Below are positions 9,574-18,249 of a DNA stretch of 32,000 bases, piece after piece (positions within the stretch are counted from its first letter, which is position 1; each line of letters starts with the position of its first letter). Position numbers and translations under genes: made by a program. This DNA is from Candidatus Bathyanammoxibius amoris (GTDB lineage: Bacteria > Planctomycetota > Brocadiia > Brocadiales > Bathyanammoxibiaceae), in the NCBI GenBank assembly GCA_024451685.1, contig JAMXCW010000002.1:75042-107041 (forward strand). Reading direction: 5' to 3'. The notes beneath the pieces were generated by a model, which was given only the letters and a program-made list of their open reading frames with translations, was not told the origin of the DNA and did no database searches.

Positions 9574-9608
9574 TATCGCTGCATATTATCAGACCAACAA
9601 ATAATGTA

Positions 9609-9640
9609 GGGGCACGGCAATGCCGCGCCCCTTTGTTTTA
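9609..9640 (+). terminator. Rho-independent terminator after rSAM-1
   Basis: GGGGCaCGGCAATGCCGcGCCCC (9609-9631), 9 paired positions with one mismatch, followed by TTTGTTTTA. Confidence 0.7.
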
Positions 9641-9666
9641 TCTATTCCTCAACAATTATGCGTACG

Positions 9667-10047
9667 AGATTCTTCGCTGCCCCTTCGCTACGCTCAGGGC
9701 TTCGGCTCAGAATGACAACTCGTGGCGTGGTAGACAACGAGGTTTACCTCGTTGATCAACGACCATATCGAAGACTCGCCATGTTGTTGGGCGAGAAGGC
9801 CGTTGTTTACCAACTACGTTACATTACGCCTGAAAAATCTTTTTATGTAGCGTGGTAGCTCGCTGCCACGTTCTACGTTGGAGCAAGCTCCAACGCTACA
9901 TCGATTGTATATGGCCCCATAAATGGGGCAACTACAGTTGAAAGCCGCAGGGCTAAAGCCCTGCGGCACCCATAGATTAGGTAGGGGGCGGGGTGACCCC
10001 GACCCTACAGTGAATTATAACGTGGAGGGCAGCCATAAGGCCTGCCC
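9667..10047. repeat. Intergenic island of short inverted repeats at a convergent gene junction
   Basis: Hairpins at 9736-9753 (AACGAGGTTTACCTCGTT), 9851-9870 (CGTGGTAGCTCGCTGCCACG), 9878-9894 (GTTGGAGC/GCTCCAAC-type), 9914-9929 (GCCCCATAAATGGGGC), 9944-9967 (GCCGCAGGGCTAAAGCCCTGCGGC), 9981-10008 (GTAGGG..CGGGGTGACCCCG..CCCTAC) and 10027-10047 (GGGCAGCC..GGCCTGCCC). Confidence 0.75.
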
Positions 10048-10054
10048 CTACAAA

Positions 10055-10768
10055 CTATTTGGGCAGGGGAGCGCCGCACCAGGCGCAGAATGTCCACGTG
10101 GCGGAGACCTCCTCCCCACACTTCGCACATGGAGGGGCATTCACCATCGCGTCGAACGGGGTGTGCCACGTGAAGACCGCCTTCTCGTACGGGCCGTCGG
10201 CATTAAGCACCAGGGTCAGCTTGGATTTCTTGTGTGTGTCAATTACAGGCTCGCCCTTTTTATCCTTGTTCGGGAATATCAGGACGTGCATGTTGGCGCC
10301 GCCGGCGTCGCCCTCCGAGGCCAGTATAGTCTTCATTGCCGCAACGGTCGCCGCAACCATGGGGGGCGGGTCGTCTACGGGCCGGATTTTAGAGCCGTCC
10401 GGCGCCAGCAGCACCGCTCTTTTCCGGACTTCGCTTTCACCCGCATACATAGAGGAGCCGTCGGGCTGCATGATGCTGCTCTGGATGACCATGGTGATGT
10501 ACGGCTTAAGGAACCCCATGTCCTGTTCTATGACGTCCCTTGGCTGACGGGTATCGGTAAGACTTGCCTCCACGTAGAAATCGAACGGCATCCACATGGC
10601 AAGCTGTGTAACGTCACCCAGTATCTCTACTTTCAGTATCTCGGTAACAAAGCTGCCGAGGTCGGCATTTGGCTTCGCGCCGGCTCCCTGCTGGGCAGCC
10701 AGGGTCTGGGGGAACGCGGCGACACAGAACAGAACCGCGGCCATAAAAAGAATCCTTGGGGTCTTCAC
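10055..10768 (-). CDS. Secreted protein of unknown function with C-terminal zinc-ribbon motif
   Basis: 237 aa; signal peptide MKTPRILFMAAVLFCVAAFPQTLAAQQG and C-terminal CAKCGEEVSATWTFCAWCGAPLPK (CxxC-x10-CxxC). Confidence 0.7.
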   Translation of the reverse strand: MKTPRILFMAAVLFCVAAFPQTLAAQQGAGAKPNADLGSFVTEILKVEILGDVTQLAMWMPFDFYVEASLTDTRQPRDVIEQDMGFLKPYITMVIQSSIMQPDGSSMYAGESEVRKRAVLLAPDGSKIRPVDDPPPMVAATVAAMKTILASEGDAGGANMHVLIFPNKDKKGEPVIDTHKKSKLTLVLNADGPYEKAVFTWHTPFDAMVNAPPCAKCGEEVSATWTFCAWCGAPLPK

Positions 10769-10829
10769 GGTGCTCTCCTTTCAAAAACGTATTACCTTCA
10801 TGTCTGCCAGCGCGGCCGGACGGTGAAGG

Positions 10830-11174
10830 TTATTCTCCCGTTGGGAATATCATCGTATCGAGGTCTTTTACCAGTTGATACATCCTGCGGGCGTCTTGCA
10901 GGGCCTGTTCCTGGTTTACAAGCGGTATTATCTCTATCTTTGTAAACAGGGGGAACAGCGGCAGCTTTGTCACAATCGCCTCTATCTCCGCGTGGTCGTC
11001 CGCGTCAAAGATGGCCGCCGCGCCGCGGCGCCCGGCCAGTTTGCCGCCTGCCAGGACTTTCCCCCTCTTCTTCATCCTCTCGTAGAACTCCCATTCCTTT
11101 ATCAAGAGTTGAAAGAAATCCCTGACCGGCATCTGGTTAATCTTTTCTATCTCTACCTTTACTAGAAATAGCAT
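10830..11174 (-). CDS. Muconolactone delta-isomerase-like small protein
   Basis: 114 aa; MLFLVKVEIEKINQMPVRDFFQLLIKEWEFYERMKKRGKVLAGGKLAGRRGAAAIFDADDHAEIEAIVTKLPLFPLFTKIEIIPLV resembles the MIase/dimeric alpha-beta barrel pattern. Confidence 0.65.
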   Translation of the reverse strand: MLFLVKVEIEKINQMPVRDFFQLLIKEWEFYERMKKRGKVLAGGKLAGRRGAAAIFDADDHAEIEAIVTKLPLFPLFTKIEIIPLVNQEQALQDARRMYQLVKDLDTMIFPTGE

Positions 11175-11300
11175 GGGAGTTCACCTCGCATTTAATGGAC
11201 GTTGTAGAGACAGAACCCGCCGCCCGCCACAAATATGGCGTATTTAGAACCTGCGTCGAGGACTGTCCCTTCGCATTATCCGGCATCGGCCCCGACAGTG

Positions 11301-12044
11301 TTACATGGCCATGCCGCCGTCTACGGTAATTACTTGACCCGTGATATAACTGGCCTCGTCCGAGGCCAGGAAAGCCACCACGCGGGCCACCTCTTCGGTC
11401 TCGCCGACGCGGCCCAGAGGCACCAGCTTCAACATCTCGTCCAGGTATTTCTGCTCTATCGCTTTAACCATATCCGTCTTAATGAAACCCGGCGCCACCG
11501 CGTTTACCCGCACCCCGCGCCTTGCCACCTCCTTGGCCAGGGCCTTGGTAAAACCAACTATCCCGGCCTTTGAGGAGGAATAGTTGGTCTGTCCCGCCAT
11601 GCCGACAAGCCCGCTGACGGAGCTTATGTTTATTATCGAGCCGCTCCGCTGCTTCATCATGGGCAACACGGCGGCCTTGGTGCAGTTGAACACGCCGTTC
11701 AGGTTGGTATCTATCACGGCCCTCCAGTCCTCTTCCGACATCATCATCAATATCTTGTCCCTGGTTATACCGGCGTTGTTTACCAGGATGTCTACCTTTC
11801 CGAGTTCCTTTATGGCATTGCTAATCATCTCTTTTGACCGGGCAAAGTCCGCGACGTCGCTCTGCACGGAAAACGCCTTTACGCCCAGCTTGCTTATCTC
11901 GCCCTCAAGCTCCTTCGCCTTCTCCACGTTCTTCGCGTAGCTGAAGGCCACGTCCGCGCCGTTTCCGGCAAGCTCAAGGGCTATCGCCCTCCCGATACCC
12001 CTGGTACCACCCGTGACAATAGCCGTCTTCCCTTTTAATGACAT
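11301..12044 (-). CDS. 3-oxoacyl-ACP reductase, SDR family, FabG-like
   Basis: VTGGTRGIGRAIALELAG, ILVNNAGITRD, SIINISSVSGLVG...NYSSSKAG (Ser-Tyr-Lys), ITGQVITVDGGMAM. Confidence 0.93.
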   Translation of the reverse strand: MSLKGKTAIVTGGTRGIGRAIALELAGNGADVAFSYAKNVEKAKELEGEISKLGVKAFSVQSDVADFARSKEMISNAIKELGKVDILVNNAGITRDKILMMMSEEDWRAVIDTNLNGVFNCTKAAVLPMMKQRSGSIINISSVSGLVGMAGQTNYSSSKAGIVGFTKALAKEVARRGVRVNAVAPGFIKTDMVKAIEQKYLDEMLKLVPLGRVGETEEVARVVAFLASDEASYITGQVITVDGGMAM

Positions 12045-12128
12045 GTTACCTTCTCCACGTTTTATAATGAAACAAGCGACAATCCGCTTCCCGCGGATTC
12101 ATTGGGGCAAAAATTTTGCCCTGGCAAA

Positions 12129-14135
12129 TTATACAGTAAGTCCTATCTTAAAGCCTTCATGGATCGCCTCCATCGCGGTCCTTACCTGCACGCAGTCGCC
12201 GATAGTATATATCTCAGGCACGAGACCGTTAAGGTGTTTATGGAGCGAGTCGTCGGATATGTACCCGGTAGCAATTATCACCGTTTCCGCGGGTATAAAA
12301 GTCTCCCGGCCGTCCTTTTCATACAACACGCCGCTCTCTGGCTCCTCTTTGACTTCCTTTACCTTTACGGTCGTGACGGCCTTTATGCCTGCGCCCTCCA
12401 TCTCCCTTTCCATCACCCAGCGTGTGGATATCCCGAAACCGCCGGCGACTCTCCTCTTCATCTCGAGAATGGTGACGTTCCTGTGGCCCCTTGAGGATTT
12501 TTCCAATGCGGTCGGCAGGTCTATTATATCATTCTTTAGCAAGAACATCGCCACATCCGGTTTCATACTGCCCAGCTTGGCCACGTAGAGGGCCGTCTCA
12601 CTGCCTACCGTCCCGCCGCCTATTATAACAACCTCACGGCCAACCGGCACCCTCCCGTCCAGTACGTCCTTCGCCAGCACGATGTTATTCCCGTTTATCC
12701 CCGGAATCGGCGGGATGGACGGCGTTGAACCAGTTGACAGTATCAGCACGTTCGGTTTTTCCTTCTTGATTATATCCGGGTTTGCCTCAACGCCCAGGAC
12801 GACCTTCACCTTTTCCTTCTTTATCTGTCTTTCCAGATATTTTATAACGTTTACAAACTCCTCGCGGCCAGGGGGCTTGTAGGCATAGTGCAACTGACCC
12901 CCAAGGATTTTTTCTTTCTCATACAGTGTTACGTCATGGCCTCTCAGCGCGGCCACCCGGGCCGCCTCCATTCCTCCGGGACCGCCCCCTACAACAAGGA
13001 TCTTCCTCTTCTTTGCCGCCGGTGTTATGGTATATTCTTTTTCCCTCCCTGCCCTGGGATTGTACAGGCAGGTGACGGCCCTCATGTTCAAGAGTTCATC
13101 AAAGCAGCCCTGGTTGCATGCTATACACGTCCTTATGTCCTCAAGCCTGCCTTCCTTATATTTATTGGGCAGCTCTGGGTCCGCTATGAGCGGTCTGCCG
13201 ATGGATACCAGGTCTGTCTGCCCGTCCCTGAGCAGCTCTTCCGCAACGGTAAGGTCATTTATCCTGACAGCCGCTATTACGGGTATGTCCACGTTTTCTT
13301 TGATGGAGGTTGCCAGAACCACGTAAGCGGTTCTGGGGATTACCATCAGCATTACGGGTACCTTGCTTTCGTGCCACCCCGGCGACACGTGGAAGGCGTC
13401 CACGCCGAGTCCGGCAAGTCTCTGGGCGATTTGTATATTGTCCTTAATCTTCAGACCGCCCTCCATCAGCTCATCCCCGGAGAGTCTAAAGATTACGGGA
13501 AAATCCTCCCCAGCGGTCTCTTTGACGGCCTCTATGGTTTCAACGGCAAAGCGCAGCCTTTTCTCCGGGCTGCCGCCGTACTCGTCGTTTCTTTTATTGC
13601 TTATTGGTGAGAGGAACTGGTTGATGAGGTATCCCATGCCGCCGTGAATCTCTACGGCATCGAAGCCCGCGTCTTTGGCCCTTTTTGCGGCCAGGGCGTA
13701 GTTTTGTATTACCTGTTTTATCTCCGGGATGCTTAAGGCCCTGGACGTGTCTCTGGCCAGTCGTGAGGGCACGCTCGATGCCGATACGGGCTGCATCTTT
13801 GAGAACAGGCTTGAGGCATAACGCCCGCCATGGAGTATCTGGGCAGCGGCCTTTGTGCCGTGACGGTGCATAGCCCCGGTGAATCTGGCGAGTGAGGGGA
13901 TGTAGCGGTCGTCGTCCAGCCCGAGGATGCTCTTCCACGCCTTGCCGTTCTGTTCCGGATAGCACCCGCCGACAACGATGAGCCCCACACCTCCGTCGGC
14001 CCTCTCCGTATAGAAATCAACAAAACGGTCATTGACAAAGCCGCCGGTAGTGAAGCCAAGGTCCATTGCCGTCATCACGAGACGGTTTTCCAGCTGCAAC
14101 GGGCCTATATTTATTGTGTTAAACAGGCTGACCAT
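12129..14135 (-). CDS. NADH:flavin oxidoreductase / 2,4-dienoyl-CoA reductase-like (Old Yellow Enzyme barrel + FeS + FAD/NAD domains)
   Basis: 668 aa; LENRLVMTAMDL, EIHGGMGYLINQFLSPISNKRNDEYGGS, 4Fe-4S motif CIACNQGCFDELLNMRAVTCLYNPRAGRE, ILVVGGGPGGMEAARVAALRGHDV, VVIIGGGTVGSETALY. Confidence 0.92.
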   Translation of the reverse strand: MVSLFNTINIGPLQLENRLVMTAMDLGFTTGGFVNDRFVDFYTERADGGVGLIVVGGCYPEQNGKAWKSILGLDDDRYIPSLARFTGAMHRHGTKAAAQILHGGRYASSLFSKMQPVSASSVPSRLARDTSRALSIPEIKQVIQNYALAAKRAKDAGFDAVEIHGGMGYLINQFLSPISNKRNDEYGGSPEKRLRFAVETIEAVKETAGEDFPVIFRLSGDELMEGGLKIKDNIQIAQRLAGLGVDAFHVSPGWHESKVPVMLMVIPRTAYVVLATSIKENVDIPVIAAVRINDLTVAEELLRDGQTDLVSIGRPLIADPELPNKYKEGRLEDIRTCIACNQGCFDELLNMRAVTCLYNPRAGREKEYTITPAAKKRKILVVGGGPGGMEAARVAALRGHDVTLYEKEKILGGQLHYAYKPPGREEFVNVIKYLERQIKKEKVKVVLGVEANPDIIKKEKPNVLILSTGSTPSIPPIPGINGNNIVLAKDVLDGRVPVGREVVIIGGGTVGSETALYVAKLGSMKPDVAMFLLKNDIIDLPTALEKSSRGHRNVTILEMKRRVAGGFGISTRWVMEREMEGAGIKAVTTVKVKEVKEEPESGVLYEKDGRETFIPAETVIIATGYISDDSLHKHLNGLVPEIYTIGDCVQVRTAMEAIHEGFKIGLTV

Positions 14136-14215
14136 GTCTCAAGTGTGGAGCACAAAAAATAAAGAAGCAGGGCAAAAGGCCCTGCCGCGCGATATTATAA
14201 CCATTGAAAATGAAA

Positions 14216-15457
14216 TTACATATCACTTTTTTCCACTACGAGGCTGGTGCAGTTTCCATTCAGGTCGAGAGAGTTGACTATTGCCACCTTTATGTCCTGT
14301 TTAAGCTCGTCCCCCAGTACGAAATTCAGCTCGCACTCAGGGTCCGGCACCTTGTAGTTCCTCATCGGAGGGATGGTCGATTTTTCCATGGCCAGCAGGC
14401 AAAAGGCCATTTGCATCGCCCCTGATGCGCCGTAACACTCACCGGTCTGAGACTTTATAGAACTTACCGGTACGTCTCTCAAGCCGTCTCCCAGCAGCGC
14501 TTTAACGGCCCTGGCCTCTATGAGGTCCGTCTGCTTTGAAGAATTACCGTTTGCGCAGATAAGCCCCAAGGAATCCTTTGATTGTCCGGCCTGTTCAAGA
14601 GCCTGCTCCATGGTATTTTTCACTCTCTCTGTCTTTTCTTCCAGGCTGAACCTCCTGGCTCCCATGTAAGCTAGTCCGTGACCGGTGAGCTCCGCATATA
14701 CGCGGGCTCCCCGCCTGCGTGCATATTCCATGTCCTCTATGACAAACACGTAACTGCCCTCACCGAGGATGAAGCCGTTCCTGCGCTTATCAAACGGGGC
14801 GCTTATCTCTGGTTCAGAGTCCTGCGAACCAGCCAGAAGTTTTTGCATAAGAAAGATGATGTAACTGTCGAGCGAGATTTGTTCCACCCCGCCGGCAATG
14901 AGCACATCCACCCTGTTTGTCTGTATCAAGCTAAAGGCGTCGCCGATAGCGTCGGCGCTGGACGTGAATCCTGAGGTAATTGTCCTTGAAGGACCGGTGA
15001 GTTTAAAAAATACTGAAGCAAAGTTTGTAGAGGAATTCAGTGCCACGTCATAGCTGTCCATGGGAAGGAGCTTTTCAGGCCCGCGTTTAAGGATCTCATA
15101 CGTATAATCCGTTGTCTGTGGGTAATTGCCGAGGGCTGAACCTATTACAACGCCCGTGTCATCAGGACAGTGATTGCCGTTCTGGAAGAGTTTAGCGTCT
15201 TCGAGGGCAAGTTTCGTTGCAGACGCAAGAAATTTGGTACCCTTTGTCAGATATTTAAGGCCCTTGTCACCGAGATATTCAGAGGGATTCAGGCCCTTTA
15301 CTTCCGCAGCCAGTTTACAAGGATACCCGGAGACGTCAAGGGACGTGATCGGGGCGATACCGGAATGGCCTCCGGCAAGATTCTTCCAGAATTCCTCATG
15401 CCCAAACCCCAGCGGAGAGATTATACCGATGCCAGTTATTACGGTCCTTTTCTTCAT
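14216..15457 (-). CDS. FabF-like ketosynthase homolog without catalytic residues (CLF-2)
   Basis: KS fold (TVITGIGIISPLGFGHEEFWKNL; PFDKRRNGFILGEG), but Cys replaced by Phe (GPSRTITSGFTSSADAIG), first His by Asn (ICANGNSSKQTDLIEA) and second His by Glu (SSIKSQTGECYGASGA). Confidence 0.9.
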   Translation of the reverse strand: MKKRTVITGIGIISPLGFGHEEFWKNLAGGHSGIAPITSLDVSGYPCKLAAEVKGLNPSEYLGDKGLKYLTKGTKFLASATKLALEDAKLFQNGNHCPDDTGVVIGSALGNYPQTTDYTYEILKRGPEKLLPMDSYDVALNSSTNFASVFFKLTGPSRTITSGFTSSADAIGDAFSLIQTNRVDVLIAGGVEQISLDSYIIFLMQKLLAGSQDSEPEISAPFDKRRNGFILGEGSYVFVIEDMEYARRRGARVYAELTGHGLAYMGARRFSLEEKTERVKNTMEQALEQAGQSKDSLGLICANGNSSKQTDLIEARAVKALLGDGLRDVPVSSIKSQTGECYGASGAMQMAFCLLAMEKSTIPPMRNYKVPDPECELNFVLGDELKQDIKVAIVNSLDLNGNCTSLVVEKSDM

Positions 15458-16659
15458 ACCCTACCAAAAACAACGCTGGCATTATTACCGCCAAAGGCAA
15501 ACGAGTTATTCAAGGCGAATCTAACCTCTTTGTTTCTTGCCTCATTAGGCACGCAATCCAGGTCGCATTCCGGGTCCTTTGTCTCGTAGTTTATCGTCGG
15601 GGGGAGTTCTCCAAACTTTATGGCCAGGCAGCACACGGCAGACTCAATGGCGCTTGCCGCTCCCATGGTGTGGCCGATCATTGACTTTACCGAGCTGCAT
15701 GGAATCTGCGGGGTTCTCTCTTTAAAGACCGTCTTGACTGCAAGGGTTTCCATTTTGTCATTCAGCGGCGTGCCTGTGCCGTGCGCGCTTATATAATCTA
15801 CGTCCTCATACGAAAGCTTGGCGCATCCCAGTGCCGCCTCCATTGCCCTGATAGCGCCTTCCCCTTTAGGATGGGGAGCGGTCATGTGAAAACCGTCGCT
15901 GCTGAGACCGTAGCCCTTTACTTCAGCATATGTGTTCGCGCCGCGTTTTGTTGCATGCTCCAGAGTCTCAAGTATCAGCATCCCCGCGCCGGCCCCCACG
16001 ACCAGACCCTGTCTGTTTTTATCAAACGGCTGGCATTTCTCCGGCGCCAGGGCCTTCAGGTTGTGGAAGTGCGTAAATTCAGTTTGCGGTACTATGTCGC
16101 TTCCGCCGACTACCATTGCGTTAACCTTTCCTTCCTGCAGCATGTCAAAGGCCCAGCACAGGGCATGGTTTCCGGAGGAGCAGGCGTTAATCAGAATGAT
16201 ATTGGGACCTTCTACGTGAAAATCTTCTGCCAGCTGAGTCGATAAGGTCGCCGGGGGATAACGCAGGACCACGTCCAGACTAAACCCGGAGGCCTTGTCA
16301 CGGGGGTTGTCCCTTAGCTTATGCTCAAAGGCGGAGAGTTCTCCGGCAAGCGTTCCTATGGACATACCGACTTTATCTATTTCCAGGCCCTTGTAGTCAA
16401 ATATGCCGCTATCTTGAAGCGCCTCCCTGGTAGCTACGTAAAGACAATCGTAAACAGTATATCCGTTCTTGGATGGTGGGGTACCGTTGGAGTTCAGACT
16501 TTTTAACTCACAGGCACGGTGAACCTTGTATCTGGAGGTGTCAAAGGTGGTAATTTCCGAGACACCATCCCGGCCATTAAGCATTGCTTCCCAGGATTTT
16601 TTTCTGTCCGAACCAATGGCCGTTACCAAGCCGAGGCCTGTCACAACTACTCTGGGCAT
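15454..16659 (-). CDS. Beta-ketoacyl-ACP synthase, FabF-like, catalytically complete (KS-2)
   Basis: Cys in GPNIILINACSSGNHALCWA, His in [15 protein letters not shown], Lys/His in [18 protein letters not shown]; 4 nt overlap with the CLF-2 gene start. Confidence 0.95.
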   Translation of the reverse strand: MPRVVVTGLGLVTAIGSDRKKSWEAMLNGRDGVSEITTFDTSRYKVHRACELKSLNSNGTPPSKNGYTVYDCLYVATREALQDSGIFDYKGLEIDKVGMSIGTLAGELSAFEHKLRDNPRDKASGFSLDVVLRYPPATLSTQLAEDFHVEGPNIILINACSSGNHALCWAFDMLQEGKVNAMVVGGSDIVPQTEFTHFHNLKALAPEKCQPFDKNRQGLVVGAGAGMLILETLEHATKRGANTYAEVKGYGLSSDGFHMTAPHPKGEGAIRAMEAALGCAKLSYEDVDYISAHGTGTPLNDKMETLAVKTVFKERTPQIPCSSVKSMIGHTMGAASAIESAVCCLAIKFGELPPTINYETKDPECDLDCVPNEARNKEVRFALNNSFAFGGNNASVVFGRV

Positions 16660-16675
16660 GATATGGATATCTCTT

Positions 16676-18157
16676 CTAAAAGACCTTCGTGGTTATCAGG
16701 CTGGAGGATTCGTTAAATCTTTCCTTCTTCCCTATCCGGCCCAGGGCCTCCTGGTACTTCCCGGAGGCCTCCAATTTTTGCAGGTTTTCTATGAAATGTG
16801 CGATGACTTCCCGCCAGTCCCAGTTGACCTTGAGGGCAAACATGGCGGAGTTGTTATTGTTCAAGGCCTGCCTCGAGTTTTGGAATCTCGCCCTGATGGA
16901 CTCGGTGGACCATAGCCGCTGCTGCAGGCGCTGTAACCCCTCGGTAAGCTCCTGAATGGAGAGATTGTTAAGGATGTGGACAAGGTGGTGAGACGTGTAA
17001 TATACCCAATCCTCGGGGAAGTTCGTACGGAAAAGCCTGTTACCACCCTCCAGACGTTTGTAAAGGGGGGTATTGATAAACGGGCAAAGTATGCCGCATG
17101 TCATTATGTCAAGGTTGGAACCCAGCACAAATTCCGATACCTCGTCAAAGGTGTCTATAGTGTCGGCATCATTGCCAAATATCACGGTACCCCAGACGGC
17201 TATGCCGTGTTTGCGAATGTTCTTAATGGCTTCATAATATTTATCTATGGTTATCCTCAGGTTGACGTGTTTGTTCATCGATTCCAGGGCTTCTTTATTC
17301 AGTGACTCTATCCCTATTAGCACCCCCACACAACCACTCCTGACCATGTAATCCAGGGTCTCGTCGTCCCTGAATATATTAAGTGACGTAAAACCGAACC
17401 AGTTCTGGTAGATGCCCCTTTCCACCATCTCTTTAAAGAGATTCCTGACCCTGTCGTTTGATTTTTTACTATGGCCGTAAAAATTCTCGTCGGTGAGCAC
17501 CAGCCCCCGGAACTGGCCCTGAATAGCCTCCATCTCGTCAAGCACGTCCTCTACGGGCCTCTCACGGTATTTGCGGCCCTGGGATTGAGGGACGGAGCAA
17601 AACTCACAACTGAAGGGGCACCCGGCAGATGTGGTTATTCCGGAGTAACGGTATTTATATTTCTTCTTCAGAAATTCCCTGTCGGGGTAAACTAACTTCA
17701 GATTTTCCAGCGGTGTAAGGCCGCCTTCGTAAAATTTCTGAAGACGTCCCTGTTCAAAATCCGACAGCAGCTTGTCCCAGATGGAAACGGCCTCTCTCTG
17801 TACGACACAATCTACGTGCTCGGCCACCTCATTGGGATAAATAGTCGCATGCACACCGCCCATTATTACCGGGATTTCCCTCTTCCGGCAGGCAGCGGCG
17901 ATCTGATAGGCACGCGGGGCCTGATAACTGACGGACGTTATCCCCACCAGATCCGCTCCCGGGAAACACAGGTTGCCGTTTTCGTCTACGGCGCTCTCCT
18001 CGGTTTCGTCTATTACGTCAACCTCCCAGCTATCCGGGGTCAGAGATACCAGGTAGCCCAGGTTTACAGGCATCTGGGCCAACACAGAGACGTTCTCCTC
18101 ACCGACGTTTCCTATCGGATGGGGATTTATAAGCACAAGTTTTCTTTTGCTTATCAT
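16676..18157 (-). CDS. B12-binding-domain radical SAM protein (rSAM-2), paralog of rSAM-1
   Basis: LVLINPHPIG, ITSVSYQAPRAYQIA, VIMGGVHA, radical SAM motif CPFSCEFC, TDENFYGHS; co-linear with rSAM-1 over nearly the full length. Confidence 0.9.
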   Translation of the reverse strand: MISKRKLVLINPHPIGNVGEENVSVLAQMPVNLGYLVSLTPDSWEVDVIDETEESAVDENGNLCFPGADLVGITSVSYQAPRAYQIAAACRKREIPVIMGGVHATIYPNEVAEHVDCVVQREAVSIWDKLLSDFEQGRLQKFYEGGLTPLENLKLVYPDREFLKKKYKYRYSGITTSAGCPFSCEFCSVPQSQGRKYRERPVEDVLDEMEAIQGQFRGLVLTDENFYGHSKKSNDRVRNLFKEMVERGIYQNWFGFTSLNIFRDDETLDYMVRSGCVGVLIGIESLNKEALESMNKHVNLRITIDKYYEAIKNIRKHGIAVWGTVIFGNDADTIDTFDEVSEFVLGSNLDIMTCGILCPFINTPLYKRLEGGNRLFRTNFPEDWVYYTSHHLVHILNNLSIQELTEGLQRLQQRLWSTESIRARFQNSRQALNNNNSAMFALKVNWDWREVIAHFIENLQKLEASGKYQEALGRIGKKERFNESSSLITTKVF

Positions 18158-18249
18158 TATGTTTCTTTTTCCCGGTATTCTCTTACGTATAAACTCTACG
18201 CTGGATTGTGCCCTCTGGTAAGAACCTTACACACCGGGTGACACTCCCA

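Noticed and set aside
9923-10945. Long plus-strand ORF (340 aa) antisense to the secreted zinc-ribbon gene
   Set aside because: It runs through the hairpin island and antisense to two better-supported genes; no recognisable motif and low-complexity Gly/Arg/His-rich translation typical of antisense reading.
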